Positions 35,706-48,640 of a stretch of DNA of 64,000 nt are shown piece by piece. Numbering within the stretch: the stretch's first letter is position 1; every line of letters starts with the position of its first letter. This DNA is from Eledone cirrhosa (taxonomy: Eukaryota): contig OZ024741.1 of the NCBI GenBank assembly GCA_964016885.1, positions 115,258,001 to 115,322,000 of the forward strand. Direction: 5' to 3'. A program made the translations under genes and the position numbers. The notes beneath the pieces were generated by a model. That model saw nothing but the letters and a program-made list of their open reading frames with translations, had not been told where the DNA came from and did no database searches.

Positions 35706-38426
35706 TATACGTAATGGAATACTTTATAAGTTTTGTAAATCTCTCAAAATTATTCTTTCATGGATTGGATAGAGTATATTTTATTAGATATACGGTCATG
35801 AAAAAGGTAATCCGCTACCTGATATAGCAACACGACAAGTACTTAAATAGTTCTTCATCTCTTTTTATCTCTAAACCAAGTCTTTACTAATCTGATTGTC
35901 TGATCATTGATTCATCAAATCATCAAACATTTGTCTATGAACATTCTGATACTTCAAGTCAGCGAACTGCTTGTGGCTTCTTACTTTTCATACCGATTAT
36001 TTCCGATATCAAAATAAATGTCCGCCATCACAGTGAAGTAATTAATATACACAACTCTCCTAGATATTTTTGTTCAAGTATATCAACGAAAATCTAATCA
36101 AAATATAACATTCAAGTGATCTTACAGAAAATGTTCAAATTTCAGTGCAAGGAATACATATAAATACATGCCAAAGAAGAAACCAATCCCCATGAACTGA
36201 CTAGAATTTAACCACCACTGCAATACTTTCAGTTACGTCCTATAACGAAAAACAAAGAATGCCATCATATCGTATCGCTTCTTAGACGCAAAGTGTGCTG
36301 ACGTCTTCACGCTAGGGAACTCCTGGATTTCCGTTATTCTCATCAAACCTTTCTTATTTTTCCTTAGACGAGAATCCGAGTGATGCCTGGGTAGTCAGCA
36401 GGACAACGTGCTTCAGCTGGTCCCATAGTATTTCAGCTTGGTAGTCGTCACTCTCAAGTTGGAGCTTTGCCTTGCCTGCGCCTGTAACGAGTTTACCAAC
36501 GCACAGCTTCCTCTGAGCGAGTTGGTAGCGGACGAGGTAATGATGTATTAGAATGTTATATGTGTTGCTAACTCAGGCTTTTTTAATCATGTCTCTGTTT
36601 ATAATTAGTTCGTATGCCCTGGTTGTTTAAATAAGTTGGAGTCACTTTTTTTGTAGAGAATAAACATCTCATATGAAACATGTCGATGCGAGTTCGTAGC
36701 ATCTGCATGTCACAAGAGTAGCTTTCCATTTTCATGCATTTATATACATGGATAGATCTATGTATAGATCTACTACGAAACACACGCACCCACATATACG
36801 TACACTAACGGAAAACCTCCCCGGGGGAGCAATATTTCTCTTAATATATACACGAATTTCCCAAATAGGTTTTCTAATCAGTGGCATTTGTTCTCATGCC
36901 GTGAAAACTCATAAATCTTTGCCAAAAGAGAAGTTTTCCATTTTCATAAATTTATATATATATTGATAGATCTATTAAGAAACACACGCACACACATATA
37001 TGCAGAACGCTAACAGAAAACCTCCGGTTGGCAATAATGTTGTTAATATATTCATGAATTTCCCAAATATCTTTTGCAACCAGTACATTTTTCAGCATAT
37101 TACTCATATTGTGATGTGATATACGTGGTCTCTTTGTGAAGCTACAGCGCCGACTAGAAATATAATATGGGTCTTAGTTGCGTTTTGTGGAACACCTGAA
37201 ACTAACCAAAATGTATGTGTTGTCTCGCCCTGAAAAATGGATGTACGTTATAACCCCTGTGTCTCTTTATCTAAATTCAATAACTTATTCGTATATTTAT
37301 GGGGATATTAGTTTTGAGAAAACGAACAGAATGTAAAGATATTTTAAATCTAAATACTATGTGCCAATAAGTGTGCTATAATCAGTTCATCACGTGTAGT
37401 AGATTTGTATCTTTTGAGATGGAAGATATAGAGATATACAATTTATTAATATGTATCTGAGTTCAACTGCATACATTTCGAGTACATCTTTGGTGTGAAA
37501 TATAGAGTGCACACACTACATTTGTCAAATATCAATTCTTAAGTATGTGTCACGAAACAACAACAGAAAAACAATATAGAACAACACAAGGATAGACAAT
37601 CAACATCAGTAATATTAAAAGAAAACGCATTCAATGATAAATATACGTGTTTCCTGACAAAGTAGGATACTAATTAATTTAAATTTTGGAAACTAGAATT
37701 GGCACAGCAGTAATTTAATAAAATGATAACAATTTGATTAAATAGGTAATATGTACAAGTACCTTTTATTGAGAATATGAATAAACTAGTACCGACATGA
37801 ACTCTAGAAAAAGACAAACCTTTCTTTAATTCGGCAATAATATACAGATGTAAAGAATCTCTTCAATTTCAGCGTGAGTGATTTTATTCAGCGACCTGAT
37901 TGAGTTATTACTACTTAACTCTAACCCCATCAGTGACAGCCTTTATCGTGTTGACGGCCTCATGATCCTTGAAAAGATGAATTTTAGCTTTACAGATAAA
38001 TTTAAGAAATAATCTCATCGACCTAATCAAACAAATTATTATATCCGCATACAAATACACACTCAGCAGTTCTCAACTAATCATAAACAATCGTAAACAA
38101 ATTTCATCGCCATACTCATTCACTTATCTTTAAATATTTAGTTAGCCATATATGAATTTTCGTTCCCTTTTGTTATTTATATGTTCACTCATATACTTCA
38201 TCAAATACTATAAAAATTATAGCACCCTCTCAACGCCACCTGCACCAGATAACATTTATCTAAAATCCATTAGCCGATTATAATTAAATTAATATAATAC
38301 ACTTTCTTGCTTATATAAACACTCATTCCCTAGAAATATATTTCTTAACACCACCTCGCCATCTTACACAAACTAAACAAACCCGGACCATCACACACTC
38401 CCCCAGCCACGCAAATATCTACCAGT

Positions 38427-38730
38427 CTCTATATATCAACAATTTGATACCATGACATCCACTCCAACCCCTTAACCTAAGCTAACCACTAACTAGTTTC
38501 ACGTGAGAATCAACCATTCTCTATATATCAACAATCTAATACCACCACTCTTTCAAACCCTGAATCCAACCTAACCCCCAACATTTCTCATGTATCAACA
38601 ATCAGATACCATCACGCCTCCTTCAAACCCTGATCCTAAGCTAACCCCTGACATCTATCATTTCCTATATATCAAGATTCCGGTACCATTACTCTTCATT
38701 CACAACCTGAACTGAAGCTAATCCCTAATT
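38427..38730. repeat. Degenerate minisatellite, 4 units of about 70-90 bp
   Basis: Recurring TATATCAACAAT..ATACCA..CAAACCCTGA..AAGCTAACCCC. Confidence 0.65.
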
Positions 38731-40070
38731 ATTTTTATTAGAAACACCACCGTTATGAATGTAGCGTAGAAACCACAACCTATTGTCTCGGTCTCAAAAA
38801 TAGCAGGATGAAACTTCCAGTCAGCTGGATATATTGGTCTTTCTAAGTATATGTTACCCTACAAAAAGCTCGCTTTTGTTATTGTTATGCGTAGACTGTG
38901 GACAGAAGTGTCTTGGAGGAATCTACCCAACATCTCTCGAATACCTCTGTGCTAAGGAGCTAATGATACATGATTCCGTTGCTTAGAATGCTAGTTTTAT
39001 AGCTCGAAAAATAAATGATCTTTATCAATTAAACCTAAGAGTTTCTTGCAGTCTTACAATCATTCTTCTTGCATCTGCTCTTTCTTAAGGCATTCACACA
39101 AATTAATATTTGCTTTTGACATGGAAACGTTTTTTCTATATATAATTAATTCGTAACAAACTAAAAATGGATGGTATAACATGAAATATTACAACAATGT
39201 TAGCTGATTTACGAAATGATATCTTCTCGAATCAGGTTTTTTTTACTGTGTTACACGTTCATTTGGGGGAAATTAGGAGACGGAAATTATTTGATAGTAC
39301 ATATAAATAAGTGCCCAAAGAGATCTCCTATTTGTTAATAAACTGATGAAAATAAGTAAATATGTGTTTCTATCTATTGATAATATATTCTGTATGCTGT
39401 GTTAAAATGGGGTAATTACAAAAATTATCTCACAAGAAACTTCACTGTAATTATTTTTTCTAGTAAGAGTAACAGGGAAAATGGTGACATAGATGGAAAA
39501 CATATGTCTATCTGTCTACCTGTCTGTCTGCCTGATGTCTATCTGTATGTATGTAGAGAAAAGTCACTCTGATTTCAAAGCTGGGGTAGATGGGATTTCT
39601 TAGTCATAATTATGATAACCTATCTGTGCGCAGGGAACTCAAAAATCCCCCTAGTTGGTTCCAGATTGCGCAATAAGTTCACTGGCTGTGAAGAATTCAA
39701 AGCTGTTACATCAGAGAGGAAAACTATGAAGTGAAACATGCGATTTACGTGAGTAGTAGTCATCTTGTTTAGGCTTGTCATTTGTTAATAATTGCAGAAA
39801 TCTGGAAAGTGACACTCGTGTTGTATAAGCGTTTGTCACTACAATCCATGATATACAGATATCACTTTTGCAATCTTTCATCGGATATTCTATTTCTTCA
39901 GGTGATGCAGGCCAAGACTGTAAATTCTAAGCATCATATAGATATTAGGCTCATTTGTTCTGCTTTAGTGGGGCTACGCGAATTTGGGTCAATGAAATAC
40001 CGTCACTTCCATAATATCGTAACCTCAGACGATGAAGATTAGTAATACATATATATTTAAACATATATTT

Positions 40071-40168
<98 letters not shown>

Positions 40169-40897
40169 GTGTGTGTGTGTGTTAGGAGAGCTGGAGAGCA
40201 GAAGTTCGTCAGAGAATAAACCTGCCTTATGATTGTGTTTCGGCCCTTAACTTCATACATCCTAAGGGGCTCGGGTCGCATGCAGGCCATGATTCCTGGG
40301 TGCTGTTCTGCTGACATATTTCAGCCACTCGGATATCGGAAACTGTTTGTGTATTTAAAGCGGGTGGTGATTTTGTTGACAACATCTAGTTGAAACTCCT
40401 CTACGTTGCATTCGCTTTCTTTAGTTTGGAAAAATAACCTTGTGTGTGAGCAACATGCTGTTACATCATTAGAAGTCCCACTTAGAACTTTCAATCGTAC
40501 TTCATCTCCTTTGTAGAATTCATCTTTGTTCTCCACACGGACGGATGAAGAAAAGATTTGTTCGTTTTTGAATTATTCTGAGATGGAGGTGAATTTCTGG
40601 GTTAAACATTACAATGATTTGCTGGCAAAAGGGAACGTTATTATAAGACAAAACTTCCCACTTATTACATACACCAATATAATTTCGAAAGCTAACACAA
40701 GTCTGAAAACCTCTTGAAATTTTAAATCATTTCATTGATATAAAACTTCATGAATACCATTAATTCTATTAGCTGAATTATTTGCGGATATTTGAAGAAC
40801 ACAAAGAACACATAAATAACACAGCTATAAAATAAAATTTAGCTGATATATATAAATAACATAATAACGAAATTTCATTTCTCACTCTTAGAACAAA

Positions 40898-41363
40898 ATA
40901 TAACAGATAAATCTAAATTCATGGAGATATACGATGTTTATATAAAGAGGAATAATTATAGCTGGAATGCTATATTAAATATAAGTATGTATACATACAT
41001 ACATATATGTATGCAGACGTACAGTAGTATGTATATATATACATACATGCACACATATATATATATGTACGTATGGGTTTACTGAACATTTATTATAATG
41101 TTCGGTTCGTTTGTAAACACTGTACGGCTTAATTCGGGCTGTTTGTTTACAAACAAACCGAATATTTTAATAAATGTTCGGAAAACCCATACGTACATAT
41201 ATATATGTGTGCATGTATGTATATATATAGATACTACTGTACGTCTGTATACATATATGTATGTACGTATACATACTTATATATAATATAGCATTCCAGC
41301 TATAATTATTCCTCTTTATATAAACATCGTATATATCCATGAATTTAGATTTATGTGTTATAT
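40898..41363. repeat. Long imperfect inverted repeat (fold-back/MITE-like)
   Basis: Arms of about 220 bp, reverse-complementary around 41120-41143. Confidence 0.85.
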
Positions 41364-41482
41364 ATTGAGTATTTTCATTCTATTTTTTTTAAATATCTAA
41401 TTGATAGTTACCACAGTACACAATTAGCTCCACATATTTGTCATCCAAATGTTTAAAGATTGTGTGATATACTTCCGATTCT

Positions 41483-41565
<83 letters not shown>

Positions 41566-41905
41566 TCACACACACACACTTACATATACATCCATACATA
41601 TATCATACATACATCATACATACATCATGCATAAATATACATACATATGTACATACATATGCATACATACAGACACACATACATATATACATACATCATA
41701 CATTCATCTATTCATCCATCCATACATACATATATCATACATACATAAGTTATGCATATGCATACATATATATATATATACATACACATACATACAGAAA
41801 TGCCTGTACACATACATACATACATACATACATACATACATACATGATGATGGCTGCCCCCTCGTTATCGAGTATGGCCATTGCACGATATACCATTATT
41901 AATAA

Positions 41906-42384
41906 CTAGCAGAAAAACCACCCTTCAGGTGGATTTCTGCTAGCATGTGTAGTGTGTATATTGATATTATACACAAATATATATGCGTGTAAATAAAATC
42001 GTAATTGACAATATACACAGAAATTGAACGAAGACTGTGTTACACTGTCTTCTGTAATAAGTAACCTAATCCATGATACATTTAAAAAAGACGATATTAT
42101 ATATAAACTGCATTAGGAGAAAATTAGCGACGGAAATATATGCGATTATAAGAGTTATAATATAACGGCCGCTAACCGGAAGTGTTGACATTTGATAATT
42201 TTAAAGAAGTGAATCTTTAAATAAGTTATAAAATATATTTAATCAACAGCCACGAAATTTAGTAGATAAATTATGTAATATTCATTCATTATTTATTAAA
42301 AGTAATCCAACTTATTTTACAAACGGGGTAAAAAAAATATATTCTGGATGCAGTCCCGCTCTCCTTTCTTTATTATAGTTAAGA
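41906..42384 (-). mobile_element. Non-autonomous Helitron-like element
   Basis: On -: A|TC start, subterminal hairpin (CCACC..GGTGG) and CTAG|T end. Confidence 0.5.
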
Positions 42385-42439
42385 TTATTAATTAATTCTA
42401 TCGTGCAATGCCTGTGCGTGAAGATATTTTTTAAAGCGA

Positions 42440-42630
42440 GGAAAGACTGTGCACTGAGCCAATCCCACTCTCTGAGCGACAGTAGCTATAACCCGAAAAG
42501 AAGAAAAGATCAACATCATCGGTAACTACTGAGCCGCAGGTTTTATATCGGAGTTATCCCAGTTTCCTGAGTTACCTTCTTCTAGAAGAATGCCCTGACA
42601 AAGGCTAGGGGTCCTTCACTCCCAGTGGTT
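42440..42630 (-). mobile_element. Possible RTE-clade 5'UTR remnant
   Basis: GGGCA..CTAG.AGAAGG.AACTC..AAACCT resembles RTE leaders (recalled, not searched). Confidence 0.3.
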
Positions 42631-42824
42631 TAACTGCGCGGTACATGTGTATATACATATTTACACACTTTTGGATGGCCGTTGACTCTTATGAGTTCTT
42701 CCACCCTTTGACAGGTTTGTTTTTTGTCCTGAAGGGTGTGCAAAATCTCTCTCCTCACCAAATAAACTTGGTGGGGTTGCCGGTTTAGTCGCCGACGACC
42801 CGACCATGCATACATACATAGATT

Positions 42825-43065
42825 TGTGAAAAAAAGGAGAATATTTATGCAGAACTGATGAGAAATCTGCAGATACTCCACTCTTATTACACCTTCAGAT
42901 TTATGCCTGTGATTATTGGGGCACTGGGTATGTTAGTAACTGCTTCAATACAAATCTTGAGAAGCTAGGGTTCACAGGAACAGAAAGAACACAACTAGTT
43001 AGGAAATTACAAGTACAATCCATTAATGGAACAGTAAAAATATGTAAAACATTCCAAAGATTTTG
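42825..43065 (+). mobile_element. 3' fragment of another RLE-type non-LTR element
   Basis: Translates KENIYAELMRNLQ..FMPVIIGALG/..LEKLGF..RKLQVQSINGTVKICKTF with one frameshift; parallels the C-termini of families A and C (IP.V.GALG..Q...L.GT). Confidence 0.6.
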
Positions 43066-43289
43066 CATATATACATGTACAGATGCAAAGCATATACACA
43101 TGCACACATACAACCCAAACAGAATATGGTTAGTTTGTTGAGAAACGACCATGTTAAAAAAAACACACACACACACTATCGAATAATATAAGAATACTAT
43201 AAAAAATATAAAAATTTGATCATGAAAACAAATATATTCTTTCTTTTTCTTTTTATGAACATGCTGGATAGGAATACTTTTTAATCAAT

Positions 43290-43440
43290 CATATCGCACA
43301 GTTTCCGCCTACCAAATTTCTGACAAGGCATTAGTCAACCAGAAGATATAGTAGAAGATATTTGACGATTGTGTCATACAGTGAGACCGAACCCAAAGCT
43401 ATATAGTTGTGAAGTGAACTCATTTGTTATGTAACCATGC
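43290..43440 (-). mobile_element. Degenerate tRNA-derived SINE
   Basis: B-box-like GGGTTCGGTCTC on -; body resembles cephalopod SINEs (recalled). Confidence 0.4.
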
Positions 43441-44109
43441 ATGTACCTATATACGGACAAATCAATAGAGTGATTTGTTTCAAATAAAGCCTTGGTCGTA
43501 TCAATATAACGGTAATTTACTCAATCGACTGACACTTAATTGAACAACTTCGATTACATATTTAATAAAATTTCAATACATATCATACCTGAACGTGCTT
43601 CGTTTCATGGTGAGCATTTAAAGCCGCAGAAGTCCCTTAAGATGACTAGTAGCGCAAACAAGCAAAATTACTGACCCGCATTGCGTCCGTTAAAATAATT
43701 TTCAACATCGACACATTTTCTTATGATGAAGCACGTGTATTAAATTGGAAAGTTTCTTCACAGATTGGGTACAGAACAAAAGCATTAAGCAGAACAAAGT
43801 CAGAGAATCATAGAAGCGTGATTGTTATGCTTCACTGTGCAACATTTTATAATCGATTGCTTTAAATAGTCTATTGCTGGTTTCAGAACAACATTTAATA
43901 TACGAACAGAATGGCTTTTGGCCTGAAATAAGCCTGACGCCGCATATATTAGATATTGACAAAATGGTGGTTGTGCTGACAACATACAAAACAAAAGTAA
44001 TTATTTTGGTGAATTTCGAGAAGGAATTTGAATGTGATACTATATCAGAAATACACCGTTGACTAAGATTATATTACTATATTCGGATGTATCACATTTA
44101 AAATGCAAC

Positions 44110-44143
<34 letters not shown>

Positions 44144-44258
44144 AAAGCAGGGCATGCAGTCCAATCGCCATGGCGGAAAGTGGGGCTGTGCAGCCTTACC
44201 CCCCCTCACTCTATTCCCTCTAAATGACCCTCCCGGTTAAAGCCGCATGTAGTGTTAT

Positions 44259-44295
<37 letters not shown>

Positions 44296-44296
44296 G

Positions 44297-44537
44297 TGTG
44301 TTATCTTTTTATGTGTCTACAATTTAGTAAGCAGTCAAAATTCTGCTTGCCCCAAAGCTGCCGTGTGTTTGTGTGTGTGTGATGTCTTTTTATGTGTCTA
44401 CGATTTAGTAAACAGTCAAAATTCTGCTTGCCCCAAAGCTGTCGTGTGTTTGTGTGTATATGTGTGTGTGTGTGTGTGTGCGTGTTATCTTTTTTGGTGT
44501 CTATACGTTTTAGTAAGCAGCCAAAATTCTGCTTGCT
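44297..44537. repeat. Three tandem units of about 60 bp separated by (TG)n
   Basis: TTTAGTAAGCAGTCAAAATTCTGCTTGC repeated three times. Confidence 0.8.
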
Positions 44538-44714
44538 TCAACCGACGCAATTGATCAACTCAATATTTTATAACGCATGCACTGCATGCGTTTCATACAC
44601 GGACCCTTCGCCCCTGAATATATATATATATATAGTATATATAGAGATCCGAAACGACAAGATTCCAGACCACATTCGCTTACCGAATTCGTAACTCCTA
44701 GCAGAAGAAGCAAT

Positions 44715-44807
44715 GTGAAATAAAGTGTCTTGTTCAAGGACACTACGCAATCGAACTCACAACCTCACTTTTGTGAGTTCAACTCTCTAACCACTGAGCC
44801 ATGCTCC
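44715..44807 (-). mobile_element. tRNA-derived SINE head
   Basis: A box TGGCTCAGTGG and B box GAGTTCGATT, then GTGTCCTTGAACAAGACACTT. Confidence 0.65.
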
Positions 44808-46075
44808 CCCACAACACACAAATACATTTTGATACAATGAACAATGAAGTTACTATTTCTAGAATGTTATATAATTCAACTGACAACATCTACCATTTGC
44901 ATACAGGTGATACAAATAAATATTCACTGCATACTAAAAGACAACACTTGTAGTACACTTCAGTATAAGCCGCATAAAATAGTAGGTATATTTGATTGGA
45001 AACAAGATCATAAGGACGTGGTATATACACATTTGAACATGCATAGGTGTGTATGAGGGATGAACATTCTGTTTCATCACATCAATCGGACAATTTAGAG
45101 CTGCTAAGCTAATTATTTTTACAAGTATCATCAGGTTAATGAACAATAAAATTATAGTATCTGGATTACTATAGGCTTTTTACTCATGATAGTGTCGTAA
45201 GGGCGCCATCCTTACATATGGCGTGTCATGAGCATTTAAATCCTGCAGAAGCTCATCCCTCTTCAGGTCGTAATCCAGCTGATTACTTCCATAGAAGGAA
45301 ACAGAAGAAGAACGAAACCTACTACTGGGCTGGTACTTTATTTATCAACCGCGAAAGAAAGAAAGGCAAAGTTGGCCTCGATAATGAACCGGAAAAATAG
45401 GGTGGCAGGCATTTTTAATTCGAAGCCCTAAGGATCCTGCCTATGGTACATCAAAAAAATATGTGATCCTGCCTTGGGTACTGCATTAAAATAAGTGATC
45501 CTGCTGAAAGTGAAATGTTTACGAGCGTCAGCTGAAAAGTTCATAGGTTGACAAAGATATTCTCTTGGAATGACGAAACAATGTTTATTTTTGAACTAGA
45601 CAAATCCAGTTTAATCTCCTTTGGAGAATAATTTCTGTAGTTGGCTTACTGTTCAGAATATGGAAATGAATTCAACAAGTTGAAATGCATTATTGCGGTT
45701 GCCAGAAGAATGCGGGAAAGAAATACAAACAATTGTCAAATTATTAAATGAACTATAATAAAATAAATCCCTTGACATAGTTAGTTGGATAAATATATAA
45801 ATAGATATAGAAAGAGTTATACATAGATGTACAAATCAATGTGTGTGTGTGTTGTAGAAGGCTTATTTTGGTGTCATATCTAGCAGGACATGTATCACAA
45901 CTTAGCCCTTGCGTGTACGACAGACAGGCAGACAGACGGATAGATAAAGGGCCAATAGATGTACACACACACACACTCACACATGGTATGATGACTGCAA
46001 CGTTATAGTTCTCTGTCTATCTAATCCCTTTCTATAACTCTCTCGCTATCTCTCTCTCTCTCTCTCTCTCTCGCT

Positions 46076-46159
<84 letters not shown>

Positions 46160-46341
46160 TATATATGTATATATACAAATAGATAAATATACACGAGTGT
46201 GTATGATTGTGTGTAGAAGATTATATTAATAAAAGGAATTCCAACTTTGTCTGATTTACTCGTTATATTTACAATCCTTTAACATTTATAATGGTATTAT
46301 AATAAAATAGTATGATAGAATATTAAATGTTAAGTGTTAAT

Positions 46342-46380
46342 TGAACAAGTACTTTCATGCTTTCGCAATCTTTAGGTTCA
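46342..46380 (-). ncRNA. Minimal hammerhead motif with mutated core (CUAAAGA)
   Basis: UGAAC-CUAAAGA-U-UGC(GAAA)GCA-U-GAAA-GUAC-UU-GUUCA. Confidence 0.6.
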
Positions 46381-46765
46381 TAATGTGTGGTGACAGTCAA
46401 GTTTGAAATTTTCAACTTTAATGAGATGGCTAAATTTTGTACCTTATATACAGTGAAAAGTGGCTCCAGAATGCTAAATCTTGCAAACTGTATATCTACC
46501 AATCGGTGTGTAGTTTCATCGAATTACTAAAGCTGATTGGTTTAGGCGTCACGGTTGGTTGAGTATGTCTAACGACCAGCAATTGATCCTATCCAAAACA
46601 TCAATTGTTTTGCTATCTTTAGAAATGATGAAAATACCATTTTCTAGTAATCATCACCATCAACATCACTTTTATAATTATTATTATTGTTGTTGTTGTT
46701 GTTAGTGGTCGTAGTCGACATGGTCGTAGTCATAGTCATAGTAGAAGTAATACCCCTAAGCATTA

Positions 46766-48502
46766 TTATTGTTCATTTAGCTTGGGTTTGAATTTATCAA
46801 TAACATACTTTTCTTTGATTTTTCTCTTGATTTCACTTGGGCTGTGTAATTTGTAGAATGGGAATATTATAAATATTCCCTGACCACATGTTGCTAGGTG
46901 GTTACTTAGGGGTATCTGACGGACATTTGGGTCTCTGATTTGCTGACGGTGTACCCGTGCACGTTCTGATAGTGCATCTCCAGTTTGACCGACATATAGT
47001 TCTTCACAATTCGGGCATTTAATGCAGTAAATTAGATTTCTGCTTTTGCAGTTCATATTTACATTTGGGAATATTTTTCCAGTTTTTGTTTTCATATATT
47101 GACCGGCGTGTATGGATTGACATGTGCCGCATCGACTATCATTGCATTTAGATACAGTGAATGATTGGTCTTTGTTGTTAAGGCCAAACTTTGCTTTTGT
47201 TAGTAATTGCTTCAAATGTTTCGGCTGTCTTTTACTAAGATTCAAAGATCGATCTGTGATTAAGCCTTTTAATTCATTACTTTGAGCAATGATCGGTAGG
47301 TTTGCTTTGGCAGTGTTGAAGATATTCTGGTGACATGGGTTGTGTGTCATTATAAATGGTATGACCGGTTCTTGGTTTCTTCTTCCTTGGGTTGTCCTAA
47401 GTTGTTGTATAGGTATTTTTATAGCCTGCTGTATGCCATTTTCTATAAGTAGAGATGGGTATTTTTGTTTGAGCAAAAATTCTCTTAGTTCTGTTAGGCG
47501 TTTGTACCTGGTATTCGTATCTTCTACAATGGTACAAATTCTTCTGGCTAGGCAGTATGGGATGTTGCGTTTTGCATGAGGTGGATGGCACGACTTAAAA
47601 TTCAGATATTGATGGGTGTCTGTGTGTTTATAATATATATCCGTGGTAATGGTGGTGTCGTTTTTTATTATCATTATATCTAGGAATACTAATTTGGCAC
47701 TACTCATCTCTTTTGTGAATTGGAGAGATGGGTGTAGGTTATTCAGGAGGATATTGAACTCATCCAGAGTATCTAGAGATTCTGTCCAGATGATGAAACA
47801 GTCGTCAAGGTATCTCTTCCAAGATTTTTCAATGTACTTTCTAAAGTCAGTACTATATTTTTCCTCTATTTCTTGGTAGAGTTGTTCTAAGTATCCCATT
47901 ACAGAGTTCGCGTAAACGGGAGCAAACTTCGTTCCCATCGCTGTGCCTCTAATTTGGATGTAATTCTTTCCACTGAAGAAGAAAGTGTTGTTTTCCAGAA
48001 TAAGTTTAACTGCGTCTAATATAAATGGCGCTGTGAATCTGATGTGAATCACTTCTCTAGGTTTTTCCACCCAGTATTTAACGGCCTTTCTTCCTAAATC
48101 ATGTGTAATGTTGGTGAAAAGGCTTACCACATCAAAACTAAGTAGAAGTGATTTCGTTTCCGTGGTTTTGGGAAGATGGGACAGGAAGTCGATATCATCC
48201 CGGATGAAACTGGGTATGTGAATACATAGTGGTTTCAAAATAATATCAACAAAATTGCTTAGACGGTGGGTGGGGCATGTTGGACCAGCTATAATAGGTC
48301 TAAGTTTTAAGTCTTTTGGGTGTAGTAAATTAATGTACTCACTGTTTTGTTCTCTTACTGCCAGTTGCATTTCTTTTGACTTATGAACTTTCGGTAGGCC
48401 ATACATGTTGCTGGGTTTTGGTTCAAAATTGGTGATGTAGTCTCTTTCCTTATCAGTAAATGAGTTGTGGTATTTTGAAGCCAGGTTTTTGATCTTCTTC
48501 AT
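46766..48502 (-). CDS. PLE reverse transcriptase + GIY-YIG endonuclease (C-terminal part of a frameshifted ORF)
   Basis: YGLPKVHK, LRPII, SFDVVSLFTNI, GTAMG, RYLDD, FLD, CNDSRCGTC, IYCIKC..YVGQT; the ADK.G motif lies just upstream in another frame. Confidence 0.9.
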   Translation of the reverse strand: MKKIKNLASKYHNSFTDKERDYITNFEPKPSNMYGLPKVHKSKEMQLAVREQNSEYINLLHPKDLKLRPIIAGPTCPTHRLSNFVDIILKPLCIHIPSFIRDDIDFLSHLPKTTETKSLLLSFDVVSLFTNITHDLGRKAVKYWVEKPREVIHIRFTAPFILDAVKLILENNTFFFSGKNYIQIRGTAMGTKFAPVYANSVMGYLEQLYQEIEEKYSTDFRKYIEKSWKRYLDDCFIIWTESLDTLDEFNILLNNLHPSLQFTKEMSSAKLVFLDIMIIKNDTTITTDIYYKHTDTHQYLNFKSCHPPHAKRNIPYCLARRICTIVEDTNTRYKRLTELREFLLKQKYPSLLIENGIQQAIKIPIQQLRTTQGRRNQEPVIPFIMTHNPCHQNIFNTAKANLPIIAQSNELKGLITDRSLNLSKRQPKHLKQLLTKAKFGLNNKDQSFTVSKCNDSRCGTCQSIHAGQYMKTKTGKIFPNVNMNCKSRNLIYCIKCPNCEELYVGQTGDALSERARVHRQQIRDPNVRQIPLSNHLATCGQGIFIIFPFYKLHSPSEIKRKIKEKYVIDKFKPKLNEQ

Positions 48503-48640
48503 GATGTTGTGGTCTATATTTGACGGTATTTCATGATAGAATATTTGTCTTTCAGTTGTTCCTCAACCAAATCCTTGTAGTATTCAGCATCCATTATAAC
48601 AACTGCACCCTCTTTATCTGCTTGTTTAATTAGTATTGTT

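Noticed and set aside
34795-39905. Isolated splice acceptor/donor-like sites (about 34817, 35178-35212, 39749, 39901)
   Set aside because: No coherent coding frame or homology; a host exon cannot be supported without RNA data
40203-40280. CUGACGA and GAAAC on - near a hairpin
   Set aside because: Order and pairing do not give a valid hammerhead topology
45519-45600. TACGAG.GTCAGCTGAAAAGTTC, resembling a mariner TIR
   Set aside because: No partner TIR or transposase found in the window
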